NCBI GenBank assembly: GCA_965644495.1
Contig: CBFFSA010000007.1
Location: forward strand, 434,001-498,000
DNA from: Perkinsela sp. CCAP 1560/9
Taxonomy: Eukaryota; Protista; Euglenozoa: Kinetoplastea
Direction of reading: 5' to 3'
DNA: 64,000 bases
The position numbers and the translations under genes were made by a program. Numbering within the stretch: position 1 is the first letter of the stretch; each line of letters begins with the position of its first letter. Under the pieces are notes generated by a model, which worked only from the letters and a program-made list of their open reading frames with translations, had not been told where the DNA came from and did not search any database. Below, one piece after another: positions 1 to 11,458 of this stretch.

Positions 1-277
1 TCCATGGAGGAAAATAGACAGCAACATGTTTAATTAATTGCATGTTATTAATTCCGTTGCTTGTTTATCAAAAGCATGTTACCAATTGTTAATTATTATT
101 AAATGCAGCTTAATTACTATTCCACTAATCATATGCCGCAATATTTCACTACAGTAATTGCGGGGCGGGCGATAATCTCAAGGCATCTTGTAAATTTTAT
201 TCAAAAGGGTCCATCTATTTCTACATCTGTTCTGTGGTTTCCTTGACACCGGCACTCTTATTTAGGAAGTACCTCAT

Positions 278-1066
278 ATGTGTAAGTCGAATATGGAGAT
301 TGACTTTCTTAGGCGAAAACCGACAATCATACGAAATCTTTCAGAAGATTTTGAACACGCAGCCTTCGTTTCCATTATCTGTCGAGGAGAGCGGAACAAA
401 TCCGAAGTGCACGTCAAACACGATTGCTCTCCTAAAGGAAGCGTTGACAATCGGTGCTGGCCAATTCTCAGAGTCTTAAACCTCACTCCATGTAAAAATT
501 GTCCAATGGGTGATTACGTTACTACGAGTAGTTGTAGCGGGCGAATCGCTCTGTGGCGCGGTGTAGAAAAAGGTAAGGGCACATGGTTATTTACATCTCA
601 TGACTCGGTACCTTTGGATAAAATAAGTCCTACGATTGCCAACGTCGACTCCAGAGATGAACATAACCTGGACAATGAACAGGTCTCCCCACCTGTAGGC
701 TCACTTTGGAATATTCTGCAGGAAGGAACACAACAGGATCGTACCACGAACGTAGCGTGGACTTTTTTGAAGTTTGAGCCCTTTGTGGCGCACGTTCAAT
801 GTCGCACAATAGAAGCAGGGAAACTACTTCTCAGCAGTGCTTTGCAATGTGGATACAGACACAGTGGGCTACTTCTAGGGAAAAAACGTATTATTTGCAC
901 TATTCGTCAATCTACATCGATCGATACCCCGCTGGCTAAAGGACACAATATTTTCATCTCAAAAATTGGGTTAATCAATATTGTTGAAATGCTTAACTTC
1001 AGGCTAGAGGACAATCACAGGCGTGTGGAATCCCTTCTTGATGAGTTAAAATGTATGATGGCGTGA
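278..1066 (+). CDS. TYW3: tRNA wybutosine-synthesizing protein 3 (tRNA-Phe methyltransferase)
   Basis: Motifs SPKGSVD, YVTTSSCSGRI, WLFTSH and FLKFEPFVAHVQCR are characteristic of TYW3. Confidence 0.92.
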   Translation: MCKSNMEIDFLRRKPTIIRNLSEDFEHAAFVSIICRGERNKSEVHVKHDCSPKGSVDNRCWPILRVLNLTPCKNCPMGDYVTTSSCSGRIALWRGVEKGKGTWLFTSHDSVPLDKISPTIANVDSRDEHNLDNEQVSPPVGSLWNILQEGTQQDRTTNVAWTFLKFEPFVAHVQCRTIEAGKLLLSSALQCGYRHSGLLLGKKRIICTIRQSTSIDTPLAKGHNIFISKIGLINIVEMLNFRLEDNHRRVESLLDELKCMMA

Positions 1067-1138
1067 GACCAAAAAATAGTTTTGTCTATCTATAAATTTA
1101 TCCCGGTTGTTGTACTGTACCTTATTTATCCCGGTTAT

Positions 1139-1280
1139 ACTGTACCCGCACTAGTTATCTATCGCACGGCAACCCCCCTGTTATCTGTCACTTTTTGGCC
1201 CTTTATTTTTGGTCGGTGACTCCCCCCCCCCTAGTTACTATCCCCCTATCCTAGCTCTGCCCCGGCACCCCCCTTATTAG
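1139..1280. repeat. MITE-like end with repeated CCCCCTAGTTATCTGTC-type motifs
   Basis: The same motif family occurs three times at 30494-30600, after a TGTACCC start similar to the one here. Confidence 0.5.
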
Positions 1281-2429
1281 TGTTGCTTTTGAAGAGAATG
1301 CATCCTGCCGCGAAGTGGATTTTTTTTTGTGGTATCATGTTCATGCAAAAATAAGAAAATACCATCCTCGAAATAATTGTGCACTACAACTACTAGACTC
1401 TACGCTATGTCTGAAGATGCACCTGAGCATCGTGGACGGATGAGCAAATACATCGTTCGCAAACCCCCTTTGCGGAGAGGGTATCCCTTTGCGGGATAGT
1501 ATTCGTCACACGTCAGGGTCTACGGGCTCGGTGCGGGTTCGGCGCAGGTTGAGACAAAAATCCTCTGAAAGCAGGCGAAATTAGTAGGAAATACAGACAA
1601 TGAAGGAGTAAAATAACTAGATGGGAAGGAGAAAAAAACTAAGTGATAGCTAAGTGAAATTTATTTCACTATCGAAGTCATATTGGGGTTCTAATACAAG
1701 CAAACCCTACATAGCAACAAATTCAATGTGAACAACATCCTGTACTCATGCAATATCGTGGTCTGTTCCATAAAAAGAGCGAAATTCATCGAAATTGGAA
1801 AAATAGCGCTCACTTTTGGAGCGAATCCAAGAATGCTTCGGTTGAACCGATATTAGTGTTCATCAAGACAACCTTTGTGTGGTGCCTTGAATTGAACAAG
1901 ACTGGTTGCGCACCACCTGCTGCTTCTTAGAACAGAACTCTGCAACGTGCTTGTAAATGGGGATCCGGTTTAGTCCCCCCGGTACGGTACGAGGTCACAG
2001 GTATGGTAAGTTGCAGGGGTCTGAAAATCTACAAAATCTATAATTATAGTACTATACTAGTAGTATTATAATTTTTCAAATACTACACAAAAAATACTAT
2101 ACCATAAAAATCCATAAATTTTAATAAGGATTTTTTGGCGGATTTGGATGAGTTATTCCCTCAAAAGAGAGTCCTAGATTACTATTGTACTTACTTAATG
2201 AAAGGAGAAGTATCTCTTGCTATTTATGTGAAGCGCATTCCCGTGCTATGATATCACGAGTATCATACCTGTAATATCATGGTATCAGATTATGAAGGTG
2301 GATTCATTTGTTTTTCTTTAAAATATTCTTCGCTAGACGGTAATTCTGCAAACTTGTCTGTAAGCTTGTCTTGTCTATGTATCCACAAAGAACGTATGGT
2401 TGTATCTTCTGCATTATTACTTTTTCAAA

Positions 2430-3953
2430 ATGGGTTCTGGGGCAAGCAAATCTACGAGTGTCAGAAAACATAGCACAGATGAGAGTCGTGATTCAAAGAC
2501 TGAAACAATGTCACCTTTGTCTCCAAAAATTTGTCGTCTACCCGACAAACCACTTCAAACCTTGCACAGTCCACAAGAGACGTTACCCCAGGACAATCGA
2601 GATACATGGAAAATGCGAGGGAACTGGAGTCATGAAATCCTCCAAAGCTTGAGTCAAATTCAGCAGGAAAACAAAGCGAATATGTCTCGTACGATTCGAT
2701 ATTCCCGACATTCTAAATCTAAGGAAGTGTACCTGCCGAGTCGTCCAGCCCATGATAATTCCGCTGAACATGTACCTCGGCTCGACTTCTCGAGGTTATC
2801 TCAAAGAGCAGAGCATTCTTCCGTGAACTACTGCACCGCGGCCACTTCTCGTAGTCACTGCAATCCGAGGGGCGCTATTTCACATAAACTAGAAACGCCA
2901 CATTCCATTGTTGCTACCGCAAGATTTGCATTTCCGAAATCTACGGCCCCCAAAGTTACAGAATCTTCATTCGGTACTTTGGCTGCCTCGCCAATGAAGT
3001 TATCCGGCAGTTCATATCAGAGTAATGAAATGCGAATAACATCTAACGTGGGAAAAAACTTCAGGAATAGAAACTATAATCAAGATCCGCGGCATAGAGA
3101 ATACCAGCAGCCAGCACTCACGACACGTGTTGAAAAAGGCAATGTTGAACTAAAACATTTTCAAAAAGGTTTTACTTGTACAAGACCAAGCCTACGTAGG
3201 TCGGAGAACTTACCAGCCGCAACTTCCCGAACATCAAAAAGAGAAACCCCATGTAAAAAAGTAAGTCTTCAAGCTTCTGCAGATGCGAAGCAGTTTCGAT
3301 TTGCTTTCTACTCAACTCCAACTAAAAAAATGCAAAAAACAAGTTTTAGAACGCCTGGCCCTCAGAATCGAATCCCACAACCGGTTTCTTTCCCCGGATC
3401 CGAACTATTCTCTTCATTTAATCGCAGTAATCGTCGTAGGGACCGCAGTGATGAGTACGCTTCTCATAAATTAACAGGGCCTAGCGAATCGCCTCTAGTG
3501 TCCGAAACTGCTGCTCACCGCTCATTACATTCTACTGAAGGAAAGTATACGGCACATGATAGTGACGACGATTATGACATGAAAGCAATCCTCAGTGAAA
3601 CCTACACTACAGCCAATACTGCACAATCGCCAGACCACAAGTCATACCAGCCAAGTAGCATAACTAATGAAACATTATCAACTTCTGGAATGAAAAAAGT
3701 GGCTATTCTGCAGTCTCAGCTTACTCCAAGTCCGGCTCTTTACAGTCAAGATCATAGAAGGATTAGATCAGTGGTTTCTGCCGATAAAAGCTATCCTCCG
3801 TCAACGGAACCAGCAACCATTGAAAATGCATCTAATTCAGAATTAACAGCGAGACCCGCTCTATTCTGCGTGGCCTGTGGATGGAAACATACGCGAGACA
3901 GTGCTCGTTTTTGTTGCCTTTGCGGCACCCCCCGAGAGTTATTATTCGGCTAA
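2430..3953 (+). CDS. Hypothetical S/T/R-rich protein with N-myristoylation motif and C-terminal zinc ribbon
   Basis: First ATG gives MGSGASK (MGxxxS). C-terminus FCVACG...RFCCLCGTPR has two CxxC pairs. Confidence 0.8.
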   Translation: MGSGASKSTSVRKHSTDESRDSKTETMSPLSPKICRLPDKPLQTLHSPQETLPQDNRDTWKMRGNWSHEILQSLSQIQQENKANMSRTIRYSRHSKSKEVYLPSRPAHDNSAEHVPRLDFSRLSQRAEHSSVNYCTAATSRSHCNPRGAISHKLETPHSIVATARFAFPKSTAPKVTESSFGTLAASPMKLSGSSYQSNEMRITSNVGKNFRNRNYNQDPRHREYQQPALTTRVEKGNVELKHFQKGFTCTRPSLRRSENLPAATSRTSKRETPCKKVSLQASADAKQFRFAFYSTPTKKMQKTSFRTPGPQNRIPQPVSFPGSELFSSFNRSNRRRDRSDEYASHKLTGPSESPLVSETAAHRSLHSTEGKYTAHDSDDDYDMKAILSETYTTANTAQSPDHKSYQPSSITNETLSTSGMKKVAILQSQLTPSPALYSQDHRRIRSVVSADKSYPPSTEPATIENASNSELTARPALFCVACGWKHTRDSARFCCLCGTPRELLFG

Positions 3954-4003
3954 ATTCGGTGTTTTCTTCATGGGTTGTCAATATTTTCTTTTTCATAAAA
4001 ATA

Positions 4004-4750
4004 CAGTGGTGATCAGCGTCTTTTACCCCCCCCCCTACAGGTCTTGTATTTTGTCCGATTTTGGAAATATTTGGTATACCACCGTTTTTGACCAAATCGT
4101 TCCGAATCCGAGGTCTTTTTCACTCGAGCGATCCCCTACCCCCCCTAGCCATATAGGGGTCAAAAAGCCAATTACAACTTTTTCGGGTGTGCGTTTTGAA
4201 ATGTTTCGGATGAAGAACAGTAGTAAATTAGGTCAGCAGACGTGGAAAAGGAGTGCAAAGTAATCTCAAGTATTTAATCATATGTCCTTTGGCCCCCTTC
4301 ACTAAAAATAAATGCTTACGATAGTCCCGGAAGATATTCGTAAGCGTTTCCGGTTGATCTTCAGGAAAAAACGAAAAGTTTCAATGATGGACCAGGGGAT
4401 AAGTTTATGAAGACTTGCGACTGCCTTATAGGACTTAAATCGCTTATAATAAATTACGGGTATCGTGCGTATCTCGGGGCGCACTCGGAAGGAAGGTAAA
4501 CAGAGGGGGTCGTGCTTCTTCATCATGAATCACCAAACATGCACCATTTTTGAAAAAAATGCAATCTATGGAAAATTTATCGACTTTTTTGCAGATTCCT
4601 TTTCAGTTTAGGTATGATACAGGTGTTCACGAGTGAAAGGGACCTCGGATTCGGAACGTTTGGGTCGAAAAACAGTCCGCGACAAAATAATTTCAAAATC
4701 GGACAAAATGCAAGACCTGTAGGGGGGGCAAAAGACGCTGAACACCACTG
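4004..4750. mobile_element. Non-autonomous Tc1/mariner-type element (MITE family A)
   Basis: Long TIRs CAGTGGTG(A/T)TCAGCGTC...CCCCCTACAGGTCTTG with TA on both sides (4002-4003, 4751-4752). A second copy lies at 32681-33471 in the opposite orientation. Confidence 0.9.
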
Positions 4751-4761
4751 TAGATACAGTA

Positions 4762-5612
4762 CTGTGCCCCCCCCCACTTATAGTGCCGCGGTTTTCGACC
4801 AAACGGCACTATAAGTGGGGGGCGTAGTATTTTTCAGGTCGAGGGTGAAAATTTTCCGCCCTCGAAATAACGATAAAGACGAATAACTTCGTCACTGCAT
4901 GCTTACCATTTATTTTTTGGACCTATTTAAGGTGCACTTTCCTTAAAATTGTCTTTCGCTCTTTGTTAAAGCTTCTCTGGCGCTTTCTTCCTTTGAGGCC
5001 GTGATTAATGATTGATAAGAAGAGGCACCGTTGCTTTTAAACCCCCCGCACACTTATTATTCCGGATTTTTTCGCCCCCATTTTCCGGAATAATAAGTGT
5101 GCGCGAACACTTATTATTCCGGAAATTTTAGGGCCGTGTACTGCCATCCACCTGTTTCAACCCTCTAAGCATCATATTTTTGCTACTTACACGACTCCGT
5201 TCTATCATTTTTCTTTGCACAGGTTGTAAAATGTTTGACCGTATTTTCTTGTAAGGGTGGTAATGGGCAGGAGATGGGATTCCCGTGAGGGCTAAGGTGC
5301 TTTTCCTCTAGATTTGCCAATGTTTCTTCACCCCCTTTAACATGAAAACAAAGAATATTTCGAAGAACTTGCCCAATACGCTGTGCGATATAAACGTTTG
5401 TCCAGATATAGCTTTCGTAATCAACCTGCCCCCCCTAATACAGTATGCGCCTCGGAAGTTCGAAAAACGCACAGGACATAAAAGCGCCGCGAAGCAACGC
5501 ATTTTTTTTTTTTTTGGGGGGGGGGGGGGGGCGGGTTCTCCACCCTATTACGCCCTCCCCCTTAATATGCACAAACCCCAAAAACGTGTGCATATTAAAG
5601 GGGGGGTCACAG
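4762..5612. mobile_element. MITE family B ends (CTGTG-C-run termini, TA flanks, internal palindromes)
   Basis: TA|CTGTGCCCCCCCCACTTATAGTG at left and ...TTAAAGGGGGGGTCACAG|TA at right. The left end recurs inverted at ~38289-38390 and the right end at ~57710-57771. Confidence 0.6.
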
Positions 5613-5754
5613 TAATGTTTCGACGGTACGTGGAAAATGAATTTACTTTAGTATTTGATATTTCCATCTCTTACTAGTAGATCTACGTACGTGTATATTT
5701 TTCTCTTGCCCTGTGCATTAATTCAATTTTTCATCCTCTATCACTTCTTTTTCT

Positions 5755-7050
5755 ATGAAGCAAGAGCTAGTACAATCGCTCCTAGAATTACGTCACGCAC
5801 TTTGTCTAACACGTGAAAAAGCATTGGACAAATTAAATCCGATGAAAAAATCGCAAGTACTGGTAAATCAAATTCTGCTGTGGAAGGCGCTTGGCGAGAA
5901 AACAAGGGAAGTAATAAGTTGTTTGCGAACTCATGCCCCTTGCGAAGGGCTTTCAGCCACAACACCTATTGCTCAAAAGTACATTGCGTTCTTGAATCGA
6001 AGCAGCACTCTGCGAGACGCTCTTGAGCACTCGATCGAAATTTTAGAAACCGCGTTGTTGATGAAAAAAGGGGAATTAAACGACTTTGATCTGTCTGAAG
6101 CGAGTAAAATTTGTGACTCTTGGCTCACATTTCAGGATAACGTTGTTTGTGAAATTTCAAGTTTGGAAAAGGAAGCCACAACTCTGGATAATCACGCCCG
6201 AACTACTGTTGAAGAACTTCACACTCGCTTTCATACTTGGCAAGACTTGATCCAACCATCCTGCACAATTGTTCAACGCGAAATCCTTCGTAGAAAAACG
6301 TTTCGTGATGACATTGTTGTGTTTCGCGAACAAAAACTTGCTTTATTAGCGTGGTGTAGGAAAGAATTTCAGCTCCTTACAGAAATGGAATCTGCCGCAC
6401 ATACTTCAGAATTTTGTGCATCTTTGCATTCAAACGCTGTCGCAATGTCGCAAAATTTACGTTTATTAACCCATTTTACTGCCTCATTGTTATCTTCTAA
6501 GGAGGTGCAGCATGGTATAGTAGAGTTATGTTCCGCGTGGTTTGAACTACAGTCCTCGTCGTATGAACGTATGCGCGAAGCGGTCTTGAAGGTTCATCTA
6601 GACTCTGATGTGTGCAAGACCTTTTCCTCCTTTGAAAAGGGCACAAATAAACTTAACGACTTCTTGAACGCGATTCCAGAGAGCATGTGTGATGACGAAA
6701 GTAACCACTCCCCGATGTGGAAAGTTTCGGCTAAGTGGAAGGAAAATTACGAAGGCACTATTTCCTGTGAGGGACTTCTAGCAATCTGTAAAGATTTTTC
6801 TTTGAATGTAGAACTAGCAAATGTGTGTTTTACTACTCTTAAGGAAGCTCTAACTGCGCCACTCTCCAAGTTGTCCCAGCTGCTACTCATATTAGAGCAC
6901 GATAATCATGAAGCGGAGCCCGTTAGAAAGGAACTAGAGATCACGGCTGTATGTAATAACGCGAGCACTCGAAAGGAAGGATGGATCGATATTCTTGAAC
7001 GCACGAATCGATTATCACATATCCTAGAATCGCACAAAAATAGAATCTAG
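5755..7050 (+). CDS. Hypothetical alpha-helical/coiled-coil protein
   Basis: 431-aa ORF on the cluster strand, preceded by a pyrimidine tract. No motif recognised. Confidence 0.75.
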   Translation: MKQELVQSLLELRHALCLTREKALDKLNPMKKSQVLVNQILLWKALGEKTREVISCLRTHAPCEGLSATTPIAQKYIAFLNRSSTLRDALEHSIEILETALLMKKGELNDFDLSEASKICDSWLTFQDNVVCEISSLEKEATTLDNHARTTVEELHTRFHTWQDLIQPSCTIVQREILRRKTFRDDIVVFREQKLALLAWCRKEFQLLTEMESAAHTSEFCASLHSNAVAMSQNLRLLTHFTASLLSSKEVQHGIVELCSAWFELQSSSYERMREAVLKVHLDSDVCKTFSSFEKGTNKLNDFLNAIPESMCDDESNHSPMWKVSAKWKENYEGTISCEGLLAICKDFSLNVELANVCFTTLKEALTAPLSKLSQLLLILEHDNHEAEPVRKELEITAVCNNASTRKEGWIDILERTNRLSHILESHKNRI

Positions 7051-7650
7051 CATTGAAAAGACAGAGGTTAGGATATAGTGAAGAATATATCAAGGTAGAT
7101 CTAGCGTGAACTATGTGTCTAGTCTACTAGAATTGTGTGCGTGCTTCGTTTAACGCATATTAGTAGTAAAATGTTGTAAAAAACCTTAAAATGTTTCACA
7201 AATTGATAAATGATAGTGCAATGATTCATTGTTGCTGGTTCAGTTTATTATTGAAACGTCAAGGACTTGGAACAATCAAGTACAAGTTTGATGCATAGTA
7301 TCAGGAAACCTATAAATTATTAACGGTTTCATTTTTTGGATATTTCTTTGTTCTTCTTTGCATACATGCTTATGAATAATCCAGGACAAAAAGTCAGCTC
7401 TCCACGGAGTAATTCTTAGATATCTGAGGCGAGTGTTACACATGTCCGAGATCAGAAGAAATTTCTTCTCAAAAAATGAAATATATTGCACGTTTTCTTT
7501 AGTAGAGGATAATACATAGAGGTATATTGTTATTGCGGGGGTTGTTTACAAGCTCTGCCTCTCCCTTCTTTATGGTATCCGGGGTAGGGTTTCGCCAGAA
7601 GAGTGAGAAAAGGAGGTCCAGCCTCCCTCCCCCCCTATGGTCGATTTGTA

Positions 7651-7786
7651 GTTCGAATCCCGGTTCGAATCCACAAGATGCGTCATATCGGTGAGCCTAG
7701 AAACGTACGTCTCGGGATTCGAGCGCAGGTAGTCCAGTTGGTAACACCTGCCATAAAAATAATCTGGTGGTCGCAGGTTCGACTCC
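7651..7786 (+). promoter_or_regulatory. RNA polymerase III box cluster / tRNA-like relic
   Basis: A box TAGTCCAGTTGG at 7730-7741 and B box GGTTCGACTCC at 7776-7786 at tRNA spacing. Extra B boxes at 7651-7660 and 7662-7672, and an inverted one at 7714-7724. Cloverleaf stems do not pair. Confidence 0.6.
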
Positions 7787-8686
7787 CGGTGGTTATATTT
7801 TCAGCCATGCGCGACGTCGTTAGTGGGAAAGAGTTTGCGAAGCGGGAGGATTTTGCGAAGCAGCTACCACACCGAGATCACCTTTGCCTTTCTTTTGCAC
7901 TCAGTCCCCGATCAATTTTTTTGTGGGGCGTGGTATATCTGGATAAGACTACCACACACATATAGAAAGGGCGGTAGAGAGGCATGGTTCATCTGAAGAC
8001 GATCTGTGGTATGGTATGGTACAGTGATTTAGATCCTCTAAAGGTAAAAACTATTTTATCGCCTAAACGGAAACCCAGTCGCCTAGCGTTATTAGTTAAA
8101 AAGATTTACATTGTCCTGTACAGAAAAAAACAGTGTCATCGTTTAGAATAACTCCTCTTATCTTCCTCTTCGGTATGTTTTTGCTCTGAAGCTAGTCCTA
8201 GCTTTCTGTAGCTTTCTGTGTGATCGAACACACGATTCAGAACTTTGATTGGGTCCGTACTATCAGGATTTATTGATGTTCTTGCAGTTTTCAGGATGTT
8301 TAAGTTTATATTGGATACTCGCATACTATTTTGTACTAAAGCTTTTGCAGTAAAGGTCATACAAGTCAGCTCCTCTTTGAGTCTGTAAAAGATATTCGAG
8401 ATGAGTGTTACTGGTGCCCGAGATCACTTGCCGTGTACTCCAAATTCTTACAGCTGTACATGAATATTTCGCTTTTTGATAATAATAATCGCCACAGCTG
8501 TGATCATAATTGTCCATACTGTGACCCAACTTTTTATAAGCACACCCCCTCAATCTTTTTCATTATTCATTGATGATTTTATAACAAATACCTTTATTAA
8601 TATTGAATCTATATTAAATAGCTTACCACCAATAAATTTAACATTTTTTACTCGTGTCTTAATTACTTAATTTTTTCGATTCACCA

Positions 8687-8842
8687 ATGGGAGCAGTCCG
8701 TAGCCTTTCCATTAAATTAAAGCATGCGAAAAAGATGCGTCAGAACCGACCGGTGCCCTATTGGATTCGACTTCGCAACGTTCACGCGGTACGGTACAAT
8801 TCTAAACGCCGGCACTGGAGACGTGGTAAGCTAGGGTGGTAA
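8687..8842 (+). CDS. RPL39: 60S ribosomal protein L39 (eL39)
   Basis: Manual translation [30 protein letters not shown]...[15 protein letters not shown] (51 aa). Below the ORF-track length cutoff. Confidence 0.95.
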   Translation: MGAVRSLSIKLKHAKKMRQNRPVPYWIRLRNVHAVRYNSKRRHWRRGKLGW

Positions 8843-9216
8843 GACGTTTGGCAAGGAGCAAAAAGAAGAAAAGAAAGCGTTTCAAGTGGTTAAGTTTCAT
8901 GGAACAAAGGAATAAAGATGTATTTGCCAAATGCAGGGCCGCTATACGGAGAACTGTCTTTATCTAACTTATGTGAACGGTTTCTTCCTCTTCTACGTAC
9001 AATTTATTTGGCTCTTCATTTCTCACTAAGTTGTAATATGTTTCAAGCATTTAATTTGTCTTCCAAGGACAAAATATTTGAGAGTTGTTTTTAATCCTTT
9101 TTTGCTTCAAGTATGTTCTAGCAGACATATGGGATTGTACCTTATTTTCACATTTTCGGCTATCGCAATCCTTATTTTACAGTCCATTCCTATAAATGAC
9201 GTAGTGTGGGCATCAA

Positions 9217-9705
9217 ATGCCAGGCATTTTTTATTCTTCCGACTTTGGAAGTAGTTCGTCTCTCTCTGTATTTCGCGATCCCGTTGCATACGCGGCGGCC
9301 AGTGTTTTCTTACTGACAACTGCAACACAAGTGTGGCCTAACACTTTTCTCGACCCTTTCTTTAGGGGAAAGATTTACTTTAGCTACCCAGCTCAACGAT
9401 TGATGTTACCTGGGCTCGGCATTCCATTCTCCGGGTATTGTCTATCTTCGAACTTACTGCAAGACGGAGAACTTGTTCGGGGTCATTCTCTGTCTTTGCT
9501 TACTTGTATGTATATGACACTTTGGAGTCTACCAAGCCACAAGCTTACTATGTGGTATACTTCGATAGGTCTTAGCGCAATTATGCTTGGCTATTTTTAC
9601 AATTACAAGGCGCTGGTCCTTTACACTGAGGGAGCACCGTGGTGGACGGAACAGGATTGGAGGGAAATAATTGGAGACAAAAGAAAACACGAAACTGTCG
9701 CGTGA
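9217..9705 (+). CDS. Hypothetical membrane protein
   Basis: 162-aa ORF with several hydrophobic segments, on the cluster strand. Confidence 0.7.
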   Translation: MPGIFYSSDFGSSSSLSVFRDPVAYAAASVFLLTTATQVWPNTFLDPFFRGKIYFSYPAQRLMLPGLGIPFSGYCLSSNLLQDGELVRGHSLSLLTCMYMTLWSLPSHKLTMWYTSIGLSAIMLGYFYNYKALVLYTEGAPWWTEQDWREIIGDKRKHETVA

Positions 9706-10049
9706 AAGTCGTTGCAATTCAAGACAATGTAAATATCGCATCATACGCTAAAGTATGTATGTACCTTGCGTCATGTGCTACTCACAGGATGGCATTGCTA
9801 CACATGGTACAGGGGTTTTCTGTACAGGATCTCTTCTAGGCCACGGTACTTATTTCGCTGCACTGCATACTTTTAGACATACAGTTGTAGTTCTCCAAAT
9901 ATGTTCTAATATGACTTTCTCTCTTGTCTACCACTCCGTGAAGTCGAGTGCTATAAGCTTCGTTAAGTTTTCCGCAGCTTACTGGATAAAAAATGAAACA
10001 TTTATCAATTTATCTACTCTTCTAACATAAATTATCTGAGTTTGGCAGA

Positions 10050-11021
10050 ATGGTGGCTCTTCAATTTGCCGAGAAAAACCGCGAAATGCCGGAACAGTAC
10101 TTTAACTATGACAATCTCGAAATCTCCTGGAGCAGTCCTGAACGGTACGAAATTGTACGCAAACTAGGTCGAGGAAAATATAGTGATGTATTTGAGGCAG
10201 TCGACACTTCTATTGGCTCATCGGTTGTTATAAAGGTTTTAAAACCGGTAAGAAAAAAGAAAATCAAACGTGAAGTAAAAATCTTACAGAACCTTATTGG
10301 GGGACCAAACATTGTTCGACTGCTCGACACAGTTCAGGATCCTGCAAGTCATACTCTCTCACTAGTTTTTGAGCACGTTCGCAACGTCGATTTTCGCACT
10401 TTTTACCCGACCTTAAATGACTTGCAATTGAAGCGGTATGTCTACGAACTGCTTCGCTCATTGCATTATAGTCACTCAATGGGTATCATGCATCGAGACG
10501 TTAAACCACAGAACATTATGATTGATCCGACATCAAATACCATCCGGCTTATTGACTGGGGTTTAGCAGAATTCTATCATCCAGGAACGGAGTACAACGT
10601 TCGTGTTGCATCTCGCTACTTCAAAGGTCCGGAGCTTCTTGTTAATCACATGAAGTATGACTATCGACTCGACATGTGGAGTGTGGGATGCGTATTGGCG
10701 GCTATTTTATTCCGCAAGGAGCCTTTTTTTCGTGGAAAAGACAACGTTGATCAGCTTGTCCAAATAGCTGCCGTGTTGGGGACATCAGATTTACAACGAT
10801 ATCTGGATCGCTACGACCTCAAATTGGATTCCAAAGTAGTCAAACTTATTGGCCTGCGTCGCAAAAAACCCTGGAAAAGTTTTGTTTCTCCAGAAACAGA
10901 GTGTCTCTGCACTCCAGAAGCTATTGATCTACTGGATCACCTCCTGCGCTATGACATGTGCGAAAGATTTCAATCGTTTGAGGCTATGAACCATCCGTAT
11001 TTTTATCCCGTACGTCACTAA
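10050..11021 (+). CDS. CK2A: Casein kinase II alpha catalytic subunit
   Basis: GRGKYSDVF, LKPVRKKKIKRE, HRDVKPQN, IDWGLAEFYHPG and YNVRVASRYFKGPELL. Confidence 0.97.
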   Translation: MVALQFAEKNREMPEQYFNYDNLEISWSSPERYEIVRKLGRGKYSDVFEAVDTSIGSSVVIKVLKPVRKKKIKREVKILQNLIGGPNIVRLLDTVQDPASHTLSLVFEHVRNVDFRTFYPTLNDLQLKRYVYELLRSLHYSHSMGIMHRDVKPQNIMIDPTSNTIRLIDWGLAEFYHPGTEYNVRVASRYFKGPELLVNHMKYDYRLDMWSVGCVLAAILFRKEPFFRGKDNVDQLVQIAAVLGTSDLQRYLDRYDLKLDSKVVKLIGLRRKKPWKSFVSPETECLCTPEAIDLLDHLLRYDMCERFQSFEAMNHPYFYPVRH

Positions 11022-11458
11022 TGTGAACGTTTAAGTTGTGGAGTTTACTTATATTTTAGCAGGGCTCTGTGATAGCGGGGCAGTTTGTGCGAGATTAGTG
11101 TGCAGCTGAAAATTGGTTATCATGCATTTGTATCAATTACGACAATGTCGTGCGCAACGTATCAGAACCTGATCCTGGACGGATACTTTACCAAGGTTCG
11201 CGGAGGATCACGCACAACGCTTTAGATACACATGTAACAGCACGAGATGATGCTGCAATGAAATATTTCATTTGCTTTGCTACGTGGCAAATACATTGTA
11301 ATTGTTGCTACATTGTAATGATGAATATAGTAAAAAGAAGGACACAACTCCTTCAAAGCATTTCGTTTACGTACGTATAGAAATATCCAGAGCCATTGTA
11401 TATTACTCGATTATTATGCTTGAGTCTCGGTCTTGATCTCCGCTTTGCAAATCAAGGC

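Noticed and set aside
3832-5677. ORFs of 64-128 aa in this interval
   Set aside because: They lie within MITE sequence repeated elsewhere in the window and show no protein motifs.
7723-7795. Functional tRNA gene
   Set aside because: A and B boxes are present, but the acceptor, D, anticodon and T stems do not pair.
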